From Candidatus Iainarchaeum sp. (GTDB lineage Archaea; Iainarchaeota; Iainarchaeia; JAFGOX01), in the NCBI GenBank assembly GCA_016926295.1, contig JAFGOX010000009.1, positions 1 through 39,065 of the forward strand: a stretch of DNA of 39,065 nt, given 5' to 3'. Both the position numbers and the translations under genes were made by a program. The notes beneath the pieces were generated by a model. The model saw only the letters and a list, made by a program, of their open reading frames with translations. It was not told where the DNA came from and did no database searches. Positions 1 to 8,914 of this stretch are shown here, piece after piece; positions within the stretch are counted from its first letter, which is position 1; each line of letters opens with the position of its first letter.

Positions 1-1053
1 AAAGATAAGTTTGAAATTCCTTCAGAAGAAACAACAGGATGGCGTGGCGAAGAGGCTTACGTAAATCTTGGAGAAGATGGGTTAATTGCACCAGAAACTT
101 ATGTTCGAGACGGTGACGTTCTAATTGGTGGAAGCGCACCGCCAAAATTCCTTGAAGAAATATCCGAGTTTGGAATAATCGAAGAAAAGAGAAGAGAAAA
201 ATCAATGGAGAACAAAGCGGGCTCAGACGGACACGTTGACAGCGTTATCCTAAGTGAAAGTGACTCCGGAACCATTGCAGCAAAAATCAAAATAAGATGT
301 GAGCAAATTCCGGAAATTGGAGACAAGTTCTCTTCAATGCACTATCAGAAAGGTGTCCTTGGGGCAATAATTCCCGAATATGATATACCTTTCACAAGAG
401 ACGGAATCAAACCGGATGTTATAATCAACCCTGCAGCAATCCCTACACGTATGATTATGGGTCAGGTAGTTGAAGCACTGGCAGGAAAAGCCGCATGCCT
501 TGATGCAAAAGAATACGATGGTACGGCATTCACAAAAGTTGACAATGAAGATATAAGAAAAGTATTGCTCGACTCAGGATACAGATCTGACGGAAAAGAA
601 GTAATGTATGACGGGATAACCGGGGAAAAGATTGAAGCCGAAATTTTCATTGGTGTAGGTTATTACAGAAGACTTACCCACATTGTTTCAACAATTATAC
701 AAGCTCGCGGAAAAGGCAGAGTACAAATGCTTACAAGACAACCAACAGAAGGTAAAGCAAGACAAGGTGGACTTAAATTCGAAGAAATGCAAAGGGACTG
801 TCTTATCGGTTACGGTGCAGCAATGTTACTTCAAGACAGGTTGCTTTACAATGCAGACCGAACAATGTTCCCTGTTTGTGAGAAATGCGGTCTTATCGCA
901 AGAACCGACAACACAAAAAGCAAAGCATATTGCCCATCCTGCAAAGGCGGAGACATATCAGAAATCGCAATGCCTTATGCATTCAAACTGGCAATAGATG
1001 AAATGATGTCAATGCACATCTATCCAAAACTTAAGATAAAGGACATGGTGTAA
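1..1053 (+). CDS. rpoB: DNA-directed RNA polymerase subunit B (Rpo2), C-terminal part; 5' end lies outside the window
   Basis: Frame is open from base 1 (KDKFEIPSEETTGWRGEEAY...EDGLIAPE...GDVLIG) into the listed ORF 205..1053; GDKF..H.QKG, RQPTEG, C-terminal CxxC...CxxC zinc site and PYAFKL; directly upstream of rpoA'. Confidence 0.98.
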   Translation, partial: KDKFEIPSEETTGWRGEEAYVNLGEDGLIAPETYVRDGDVLIGGSAPPKFLEEISEFGIIEEKRREKSMENKAGSDGHVDSVILSESDSGTIAAKIKIRCEQIPEIGDKFSSMHYQKGVLGAIIPEYDIPFTRDGIKPDVIINPAAIPTRMIMGQVVEALAGKAACLDAKEYDGTAFTKVDNEDIRKVLLDSGYRSDGKEVMYDGITGEKIEAEIFIGVGYYRRLTHIVSTIIQARGKGRVQMLTRQPTEGKARQGGLKFEEMQRDCLIGYGAAMLLQDRLLYNADRTMFPVCEKCGLIARTDNTKSKAYCPSCKGGDISEIAMPYAFKLAIDEMMSMHIYPKLKIKDMV

Positions 1054-1057
1054 AAAT

Positions 1058-3667
1058 ATGGTTCAGAAAGAATTAGATTCAATAACATTCGGATTCGTAG
1101 ACCCTGAGCTAGTAAGAAAAATATCTAGTGTTGAAATTAGCGATTCACAAACCTATGATATTGACGGTTACCCTATTGAGGGTGGACTGATGGACCCCCA
1201 CCTTGGTGTTTTGGGACCGGGATTAAGATGCAAAACCTGCGGACAGAAAATGGGAAGATGCCATGGCCACTTTGGTCATTTGGAAATGATCAGACCAGTA
1301 ATTCATGTAAAATTTAATGATGATATTGCTCTTGTTTTAAACACAACCTGCAAAAAATGCGGAAGGGTTCTTCTTGACCAGGCCGCATTAGACAACTACA
1401 AAGAAAAAATGAAGGTAAAGATAGACCAGACAAAAATATCAAAAGAAATAGTCAGAAAAGCCAAGAAAATCAAAGAATGCCCGCATTGCGGAGAAAAGCA
1501 GGAAGAGGTAAAATTCCTTAAGCCACAAAGATATACAATTGGCGAAAAAAGACTTTTCCCAAATGAAATTAGAGAATTACTATCAAAAGTAAACGATGAT
1601 GATTTCCGATTATTGGGTTACAATACCGAATTCAACAGGCCCGAATGGTGGGTATTAACAGTATTGGCAATACCGCCAGTTACTGTAAGACCATCAATTG
1701 CTCTAGAAACAGGACAAAGGTCAGAGGACGATTTGACACACAAACTTGCAGAAATTGTAAGGTCAAACCAAAGATTAAAAGAAAACATCAATGCTGGTGC
1801 ACCACAAATCATTATTGAAAACATGTGGGACCTTTTGCAATACCACATTACAACTTATTTCGACAACAAAACAAGCGGCATCCAATCAGCAACAACAAGA
1901 GACGGAAGAGAATTGAGAACATTAGCACAAAGACTTTCTGGAAAAGAAGGTCGTTTCAGGCACTCATTATCTGGCAAGCGTGTAGATTATTCAGCAAGAA
2001 CTGTTGTAAGCCCCGACCCTTTTATCTCAATAAATGAAATCGGAGTACCAGTAGAAATTGCTATGAAGCTTGCGTACCCGGAAAAAGTTACTGAGTGGAA
2101 CATAAACAACATGCGAAAATTAGTAAAGCGAACAGAATACCCGCAAGCACGCGCAATAACAAGAAACGATGGCATAAAAAAGAAAATAATGGAAACAAAC
2201 AGAGACCAAATGGCTGAGGAAATAGAAGTCGGATGGATTGTTGAAAGAGATATTGTTGAAGGCGACATTACATTGTTTAATAGACAGCCATCACTTCACA
2301 GAATGTCAGAGATGGCGCACATAATCAGAATATTACCCGGACGAACATTCAGAATACATCCGTCAGTTACTGCACCTTACAATGCAGACTTTGACGGAGA
2401 CAACATGAATATTCACTTCCCAACAGAAATTGAAGCAAGAATTGAAGCAAAGGAATTGATGTCAGTTGAAGACCAAATAATTTCACCAAGACACGGCGGG
2501 CCAATCATTTCTGCAATGGAAGACCACATAGCCGGCTTCGCAATGTTAACAAGCAAAGGAAGAGTATTTGACAAAGACAGCGCATGCAAATATGCAATGC
2601 TGGCAGGAAAGACAGACCTTCCAAAACCAAAAGGCGGAAAAGACAAATGGACCGGAAAACAATTATTTAGTTTATTAATCCCAGAAAACACCAACCTGGA
2701 GTTCAAAAGCAAAGCATGCAAAATCTGCAAAAATGTTGGAATGTGCACACTAAAGAACTGCAAACAAGAAAACTGTGATTACGATGCATATGTAAAAATA
2801 AAGAACGGAGAGCTTATTTGCGGAGTAATCGATTCAGCAGCTATTGGTGGTGTTGAAGGAAAACTTCTAATTGAAATGAACAGAAAACTTACCCCTATTG
2901 AGAACAAAGAACTCATTAACAAAATGATAAAGATATCCTGCCATGCGTTAAATCAGATTGGCGTTACAATTTCAAAAACAGAATACACCCCGCAGGGAAT
3001 TGACATACAAGAATATATCAAATCAGCAATCAAGAAAGGAAATGAAATAGTAAGAAAATACAAAAATGGCGAATTAAGATCCTTACCTGGTCTAACCTAT
3101 GATGAAAGTTTCGAAATCGCAATGATTGAAGTTGCAGACAAAGCGCAGGAAGAAGCTGTAAACGCAATACTTTACAATAAGCTGTCCGGCCTAATGAAAG
3201 AAAAGGGCGAAAACAACTCCCTTATTATGATACTTTCTGGTGCAAGAGGTTCTATACGTAATGTAATGAACATCAGCGCATTCCAGGGACAGGCAAAAAT
3301 TATGAACAAACGTCCGAAAACCGGTTACGAGGGAAGATTACTTCCATCATTCAAAGAAGGCGACTTAGGTTTGGTTGCAAACGGATTTATTACAAGCAGC
3401 TTAATCGAGGGACAAAGTCCAAGAGAATTCTTCTTTGGTGCAATGGGCGGAAGAATCGGTGAAATTGAAGCCAAACTATCAATTAGAGAAAGTGGTTACC
3501 TTCAAAGACAGGCAATCCATGCCGTACAAGACCTTTGTGTCAAGGGCGACTATAGTGTTAGGGGCGCCTCAGATAAAGTAGTCCAATTCATATACGGTGA
3601 AGATGGTATATTCCCGGGAAACACAAGAAATGGGGCAACATTTACTTATGAGGAGTTAATGGGGTGA
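1058..3667 (+). CDS. rpoA1: RNA polymerase subunit A' (Rpo1N)
   Basis: 869 aa; N-terminal zinc motif CKTC...CHGHFGH, GKRVDYSART, NRQPSLH, catalytic NADFDGD (2381-2401). Confidence 0.98.
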   Translation: MVQKELDSITFGFVDPELVRKISSVEISDSQTYDIDGYPIEGGLMDPHLGVLGPGLRCKTCGQKMGRCHGHFGHLEMIRPVIHVKFNDDIALVLNTTCKKCGRVLLDQAALDNYKEKMKVKIDQTKISKEIVRKAKKIKECPHCGEKQEEVKFLKPQRYTIGEKRLFPNEIRELLSKVNDDDFRLLGYNTEFNRPEWWVLTVLAIPPVTVRPSIALETGQRSEDDLTHKLAEIVRSNQRLKENINAGAPQIIIENMWDLLQYHITTYFDNKTSGIQSATTRDGRELRTLAQRLSGKEGRFRHSLSGKRVDYSARTVVSPDPFISINEIGVPVEIAMKLAYPEKVTEWNINNMRKLVKRTEYPQARAITRNDGIKKKIMETNRDQMAEEIEVGWIVERDIVEGDITLFNRQPSLHRMSEMAHIIRILPGRTFRIHPSVTAPYNADFDGDNMNIHFPTEIEARIEAKELMSVEDQIISPRHGGPIISAMEDHIAGFAMLTSKGRVFDKDSACKYAMLAGKTDLPKPKGGKDKWTGKQLFSLLIPENTNLEFKSKACKICKNVGMCTLKNCKQENCDYDAYVKIKNGELICGVIDSAAIGGVEGKLLIEMNRKLTPIENKELINKMIKISCHALNQIGVTISKTEYTPQGIDIQEYIKSAIKKGNEIVRKYKNGELRSLPGLTYDESFEIAMIEVADKAQEEAVNAILYNKLSGLMKEKGENNSLIMILSGARGSIRNVMNISAFQGQAKIMNKRPKTGYEGRLLPSFKEGDLGLVANGFITSSLIEGQSPREFFFGAMGGRIGEIEAKLSIRESGYLQRQAIHAVQDLCVKGDYSVRGASDKVVQFIYGEDGIFPGNTRNGATFTYEELMG

Positions 3668-3671
3668 AAGC

Positions 3672-4772
3672 ATGACGTTATCAGAAATGGCACAAAAGGA
3701 TTTTGATTCAATAATGAATTCAAACAAAATAGATGCAAACACAAAAAAGAAATTGCAAAAAAAAGCAGAAGAGGTTTATGAAATTGAAAAGGTCCTCCCT
3801 GGTGAAGCAGTAGGAACTGTTGCTGCACAATCAATAGGCGAGCCAACATCACAAGGTGCGCTTAGAGCCTTCCACACCGCCGGTGCGCTTACAGTTACGG
3901 GTGGTTTAGCACGCGCAAAAGAAATCCTTACAATGTCAAGAAGCATTGCCACGCCACGTATGTTCATTTACCCAAACAAAGATTTACAGGGCCACCCAAA
4001 GAAAATAGATGACTTCATTACAAAACTTATTGAAAAAAATCTGAAAGACATTGCAAAAGTAAGAAAAAATATGAAAGCAAGAAAGATTATTATCGAACTA
4101 GACAATACAGAAATGAAAAGGATTGGACTAACAAAAAAGCAAATAATAGAAATCATAGAGGAAGCAATGAAAGTAAAAATAAGCGAAACAGACAAAGGAC
4201 TAGAAATAAAATTCAAGGACACACCCCTGAAAAAAATATCATTGCTAACCGAAAAGATTGAGGAAATAACTGTTTCTGGTGTCAAAAACATACGAAAAGC
4301 AGTTATTGATGATGCATATTTCGAAGAAACAGGCGAAACAAGAATTGCAACATTAGGAACTAATTTGAAAGCAGTAATGCAGCTTGAAGAAGTTGACTCA
4401 GAACGTATTGTAACAAATGATATCAGAGAAGTAGAATCAGTATTAGGAATCGAAGCAGCAAGGAATGCCCTGCTTGAAGAATTAAAAGAAGTTTATTCAG
4501 GCGGGATGTATGTTGACAGAAGACACCTTACCCTGATTGCTGACACATTAACACATTCAGGAAATCTTCAGGCAGTAGGAAGGACTGGTGTCAGCGGTTC
4601 AAAAGAAAGTGTACTAGCACGTGCGTCATTCGAGGAAACATCAAAGAACTTATTCCAGGCAGTATCACAAGGACAAAAAGAAACGTTTAAAGGCGTTGCA
4701 GAGAATATTATTGCAGGAAAGGTCATCAACGTAGGAACAGGAACGATAAAAGTAATGATGAAACAAAAATAA
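3672..4772 (+). CDS. rpoA2: RNA polymerase subunit A'' (Rpo1C)
   Basis: GEAVGTVAAQSIGEP, LGIEAARN, RHLTLIAD, LARASFEET, ENIIAG...GTG motifs. Confidence 0.97.
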   Translation: MTLSEMAQKDFDSIMNSNKIDANTKKKLQKKAEEVYEIEKVLPGEAVGTVAAQSIGEPTSQGALRAFHTAGALTVTGGLARAKEILTMSRSIATPRMFIYPNKDLQGHPKKIDDFITKLIEKNLKDIAKVRKNMKARKIIIELDNTEMKRIGLTKKQIIEIIEEAMKVKISETDKGLEIKFKDTPLKKISLLTEKIEEITVSGVKNIRKAVIDDAYFEETGETRIATLGTNLKAVMQLEEVDSERIVTNDIREVESVLGIEAARNALLEELKEVYSGGMYVDRRHLTLIADTLTHSGNLQAVGRTGVSGSKESVLARASFEETSKNLFQAVSQGQKETFKGVAENIIAGKVINVGTGTIKVMMKQK

Positions 4773-4785
4773 AAAGGTGTAATAA

Positions 4786-5100
4786 ATGGATATAAACAAA
4801 GAAATAAGACGTGCTGTAGACACAGGCAAAGTCGTTTTCGGAAGCAAAAGCGGATTAAAGAAAGCAGCAAGCGGAGATGCAAAAGCCATAATATATGCCG
4901 CAAACGCACCAGAAGCGATAAGGCAAAAAGTGGAAAAATACACAAACATGTCAAACATTCTAGTTTTTCAGTCAGAAAAGAATGGAATAGAACTTGGAGA
5001 AATTTGTGGTAAACCCTTCGTAATTCTAGTAATGTCTGTTATGGATGAAGGTCGCTCAAAGATAATTTCTGCAATAAAAGAAACAACGACAAAGAAATAG
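4786..5100 (+). CDS. rpl30e: 50S ribosomal protein eL30
   Basis: TGKVVFG and ELGEICGKPF motifs; conserved position between rpoA'' and nusA. Confidence 0.95.
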   Translation: MDINKEIRRAVDTGKVVFGSKSGLKKAASGDAKAIIYAANAPEAIRQKVEKYTNMSNILVFQSEKNGIELGEICGKPFVILVMSVMDEGRSKIISAIKETTTKK

Positions 5101-5107
5101 GGATTTA

Positions 5108-5515
5108 ATGAAAATAGACGCAAACGCACTCAAACAACTAAGTTTTATAGAGAAAAAGACTAGAATTGTATTATTAGACTGTGTAACAGTAGATGACATT
5201 AGCGTTTTCGTGCTTAAGCCCGAAGACATGGGAAAACTTATAGGAAACGACAGGCGAACTCTCCGAGAGCTTGAAAAAGCTATTGGAACAAGTATTATGT
5301 TAATCGCACACTCAAAACAACCAACGGTTTTCTTGGCTAACATTATTAGACCAGCAAAAGCGAGGAAAATCGAAATATCTGGGGATGGGCACTCAGCCAA
5401 AATACTTTTAAATCCTCAGGATAAGTATAAGTTAGGTAGGAAGAAAATAAATGTCCTAAAAACACTGGCAGAACGACATTTGGGCATTACAAGCATAAAG
5501 CTCTCTTATTCCTAA
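5108..5515 (+). CDS. nusA: Archaeal NusA (two KH domains), divergent
   Basis: 135 aa with DC...VFV...MG..IG pattern and LA.RH near the C-terminus; syntenic position between eL30 and uS12. KH loops are atypical. Confidence 0.85.
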   Translation: MKIDANALKQLSFIEKKTRIVLLDCVTVDDISVFVLKPEDMGKLIGNDRRTLRELEKAIGTSIMLIAHSKQPTVFLANIIRPAKARKIEISGDGHSAKILLNPQDKYKLGRKKINVLKTLAERHLGITSIKLSYS

Positions 5516-5543
5516 CAGTTAAACTTTAATCTAAGGTGAAATA

Positions 5544-5972
5544 TTGGCAAAAGGAGAATTTGCAGCTAGACAGCTGATAAACAACAGGCAGAAATGGCGC
5601 TGGAAAGACCGCGCCTATAAGTACCGAACTTTAGGCCTTAAAGCAAAGGTCGACTTGTTAGAGGGTTCTCCGATGGCCCGCGGTATTGTATTAAAGAAAA
5701 GGCCTATTGAAGCAAGGCAGCCTAACTCAGGTTTGCGTAAATGTGTTCGCATTCAGTTAATCAAAAACGGTAAGCAATTGACCGCAATGTGCCCGGGAGA
5801 CGGGGCAATCAAGTTCATAGATGAGCACGATGAAGTTGTAATCGAAGGGATCGGTGGCGCACAAGGTGGCCCGTCTGGTGACCTTTGGGGTGTGAAGTAC
5901 AAAGTTACAAAAGTAAACGGAGTAAGTCTTGAGATGCTAAGAACTGGAAAGAAAGAGAAGAGCAAGAGGTAG
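5544..5972 (+). CDS. rps12: 30S ribosomal protein uS12 (TTG start)
   Basis: [18 protein letters not shown] and [20 protein letters not shown] at 5535-5539 precedes TTG. Confidence 0.97.
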   Translation: MAKGEFAARQLINNRQKWRWKDRAYKYRTLGLKAKVDLLEGSPMARGIVLKKRPIEARQPNSGLRKCVRIQLIKNGKQLTAMCPGDGAIKFIDEHDEVVIEGIGGAQGGPSGDLWGVKYKVTKVNGVSLEMLRTGKKEKSKR

Positions 5973-5977
5973 ATGCT

Positions 5978-6583
5978 ATGTCTGATATTAAACTATTTAA
6001 CAGATGGGATACAAACATTGTCATTTCTGACATCAGCTTACAGAATAAAGTCTGCCTAACTCCTGTAATAGTTCCACACAATTTTGGGGTACACTCCTCA
6101 AAAGGCCAGAGGCACAAAATAAATGTAGTTGAAAGGCTTGCAAACAAACTAATGAGATCCGGACAGGGTTCAAGAAAGCTTAGCGGACACTACATCAGGT
6201 CAAAGAAAGCCTGCGGAATGAAATTAATGACAATGAAGCACATCTATGATGCCTTTGAAATAATCGAAAACAAGACAAAGAAAAATCCTATTCAAATTCT
6301 AGTTGATGCATTGCAGAATGCTGGACCGCGTGAAGACATCACTCGTTTAAAACGTGGTGGCGCAACTATCCAAATTGCCGTTGACGTAGCTCCAGAAATG
6401 AGAATCAACGAATCCTTGAAAAACATCGCTTTGGGAACTTTAACAGCCACATTCAAAAAGAAAAAAACAATTGCAGAATGCCTGGCAAATGAGATAATGC
6501 TAGCGGCAAAAGAAGACAACCAAAGTTATGCAATCAAGAGGCGTGACGAAACCGAAAGAATTGCAATGGCGGCAAGACATTAA
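5978..6583 (+). CDS. rps7: 30S ribosomal protein uS7
   Basis: VERLANKLM, NPIQILVDA.NAGPRED, AVDVAP, ETERIA..AR. Confidence 0.96.
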   Translation: MSDIKLFNRWDTNIVISDISLQNKVCLTPVIVPHNFGVHSSKGQRHKINVVERLANKLMRSGQGSRKLSGHYIRSKKACGMKLMTMKHIYDAFEIIENKTKKNPIQILVDALQNAGPREDITRLKRGGATIQIAVDVAPEMRINESLKNIALGTLTATFKKKKTIAECLANEIMLAAKEDNQSYAIKRRDETERIAMAARH

Positions 6584-6598
6584 CTGTAGATGATTTTT

Positions 6599-8806
6599 AT
6601 GGCAAAGAAAGAAGAAGTAGTAGCGGAAGCAGGAAAACTAATGACCCAGCGTGAAAACATTAGAAATATAGGCATAGTAGCACATATCGACCATGGAAAA
6701 ACAACCATGACCGATAACTTAATTGCCGGCGCAGGTTTGATTTCAAAAGAGCTTGCGGGCGACCAATGTGTTACTGACTTCTACGAACTTGAGCAGGAAA
6801 GGGGAATTACAATCAATGCCGCATGCATTTCAGTTGTTTACCCTTACAATGATGTAAACCACTTGATTAATGTTATCGATACTCCTGGACACGTTGACTT
6901 TGGTGGCGATGTTATCAGGGCAATGCGTGCTGTAGACGGAGTTATTGTTGTAGCGTGCGCAGTTGAAGGCGTAATGCCACAGACAGAAACTGTTATCAGA
7001 CAGGCACTAAGAGAAAGAGTCAAGCCAACCTTATTCATTAACAAAGTTGACAGGCTAATTGGTGAACTAGAAGTTACACCAGAAGAAATGCAGCAGCAAT
7101 TTATTAAAATCATTAACGGAGTAAACTCATTAATTGCAAAGAACGCACCAAAAGGAAAAGAAAAGGAATGGCAAGTTAAAGTAGAAGATGGAAGCGTTTG
7201 CTTTGGTTCAGCATACAGGAACTGGGCAGTAAGCGTACCTCAAATGAAAAAGACTGGAATTAGCTTCAAGGACGTTTATGAGCACGTTAAATCAGACCAA
7301 CAAAAAGAGCTTTCAGAAAAAACTCCTTTATTCATAGCAATCAATGACATGGTCGTAAAGCACCTCCCGAACCCGCTCGACGCACAAAAATACAGAATCA
7401 AACACATCTGGCCGGGAGATGAAAACTCAGAGCTTGGAAAAGCAATGGAAAGCTGCGACCCGAACGGACCATTAATGATGATGATTACAAAAATACAGCC
7501 CGACCCACATGCAAGAGAAGTTGCAATCGGAAGAATCTTCTCAGGAAAAATCGAAAAGGGAAAGGAAGTATTTTTACTGCAGTCAAAGAAAACAGGCAAG
7601 ATACAGCTTGTTGGCATTTACATGGCCGGAGACAGGGTCACTTTAGAAGATGTTTATGCAGGTAACATTGGTGCAATCGTTGGATTAAGAGATGCATTCG
7701 CCGGTGAAACAATAAGCGAATTAAAAGATGCCGACGCATTTGAAGGCTTCATGACAAAAACCGAGCCGGTTATTACAATGGCCGTCGAGGCAACAAACAT
7801 GAAAGATTTGCCAAAACTAATCGAGGTTATACACAGCATTACAAAAGCAGACCCCAACATCAGGGCGGAAATCAACCAGGACACCGGAGAGCACTTGGTT
7901 TCCGGAATGGGCGAGCTTCACTTAGAAGTTACCAAATACAGAATCGAACATGACAACGGCATACCTGTAAAGACCTCACCCCCAATTGTAGTTTACAAAG
8001 AATCAGTTGATGCAGTATCACCAGAAATTGTTGGAAAGTCCCCAAACAAGCACAACAAATTCCATTTCACAGTAGAACCTTTGCCAGAAGCAATTGCAAA
8101 GGCACTTGCAGAAGGTGAAATCAGCGAAGGAAAAGAAAAGAACAAGGACAAAATCCAGGAAAGAGTGAACAAGCTTGTAGAATTGGGAATGGACAGAGAT
8201 GAGGCAAAATCAATATGGCATATTTACGGTCACAACATCCTTGTAGACAAAACAAAAGGCGTACAGTACCTTTTCGAAACCAAGGAATTGGTTATACAGG
8301 GATTTGAAGAGGCAATGGACAACGGACCACAAGCAATGGAGAAAGTGGGCGGAATCAAAGTGACATTACGCGATGCTTCACTTCATGAAGACGCAATCCA
8401 CAGAGGTCCGGCACAAACCCTTCCTGCAATTAAAAGGCCAATATGGGCCGCAATACTTAGCGCAAAGCCAAAATTGCTTGAGCCCGTACAAAAAGTATTT
8501 ATCAGCGTCCCGCAAAGCTATTTAGGAGCAGTATCTGGCGAATTGCAGACAAGGCGCGCAGGCATAGATGACATGCGCACCGAAGGTGACACAATGATTA
8601 TCACTGCAAGAGCGCCAATCAAGGAAATGATTGGTTTCGCAGGTGCAATACGTGGTGCAACCCAGGGCAGAGCAATCTGGACAACCGAGTTCGCAGGATT
8701 CCAGCCTTTACCAAGAGACCTTTACGCAAGCACAATAGCAGAAATAAGAACAAGAAAGGGAAGAGACCCCCAAGCACCGTCACCAAGCTTCTTTATGGAC
8801 GCTTAG
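6599..8806 (+). CDS. fusA: Elongation factor 2 (aEF-2)
   Basis: AHIDHGKTT, ERGITI, DTPGHVDF, NKVD, GMGELHLE, diphthamide loop HEDAIHRGPAQ. ATG 6599 preferred over 6590. Confidence 0.98.
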   Translation: MAKKEEVVAEAGKLMTQRENIRNIGIVAHIDHGKTTMTDNLIAGAGLISKELAGDQCVTDFYELEQERGITINAACISVVYPYNDVNHLINVIDTPGHVDFGGDVIRAMRAVDGVIVVACAVEGVMPQTETVIRQALRERVKPTLFINKVDRLIGELEVTPEEMQQQFIKIINGVNSLIAKNAPKGKEKEWQVKVEDGSVCFGSAYRNWAVSVPQMKKTGISFKDVYEHVKSDQQKELSEKTPLFIAINDMVVKHLPNPLDAQKYRIKHIWPGDENSELGKAMESCDPNGPLMMMITKIQPDPHAREVAIGRIFSGKIEKGKEVFLLQSKKTGKIQLVGIYMAGDRVTLEDVYAGNIGAIVGLRDAFAGETISELKDADAFEGFMTKTEPVITMAVEATNMKDLPKLIEVIHSITKADPNIRAEINQDTGEHLVSGMGELHLEVTKYRIEHDNGIPVKTSPPIVVYKESVDAVSPEIVGKSPNKHNKFHFTVEPLPEAIAKALAEGEISEGKEKNKDKIQERVNKLVELGMDRDEAKSIWHIYGHNILVDKTKGVQYLFETKELVIQGFEEAMDNGPQAMEKVGGIKVTLRDASLHEDAIHRGPAQTLPAIKRPIWAAILSAKPKLLEPVQKVFISVPQSYLGAVSGELQTRRAGIDDMRTEGDTMIITARAPIKEMIGFAGAIRGATQGRAIWTTEFAGFQPLPRDLYASTIAEIRTRKGRDPQAPSPSFFMDA

Positions 8807-8812
8807 TTTGTC

Positions 8813-8828
8813 CAAAGCGTTTATAAAA
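8813..8828 (+). promoter_or_regulatory. Putative BRE-TATA promoter for tuf
   Basis: CAAAGCG followed by TTTATAAAA in the EF-2/EF-1A spacer, with an AT-rich stretch about 25 nt downstream. Confidence 0.65.
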
Positions 8829-8914
8829 CATTATATTCAGATATATAGTGATAGCGACACATTTAACGCACAATCGCTGTATTCTATTAATTCCATTTAA
8901 AAGGAGTGAAATGT

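Noticed and set aside
1..4772. RNA polymerase genes as pseudogenes or of viral origin
   Set aside because: Frames are intact, catalytic residues are kept, and the genes sit in the canonical cellular operon with eL30, nusA and uS12.
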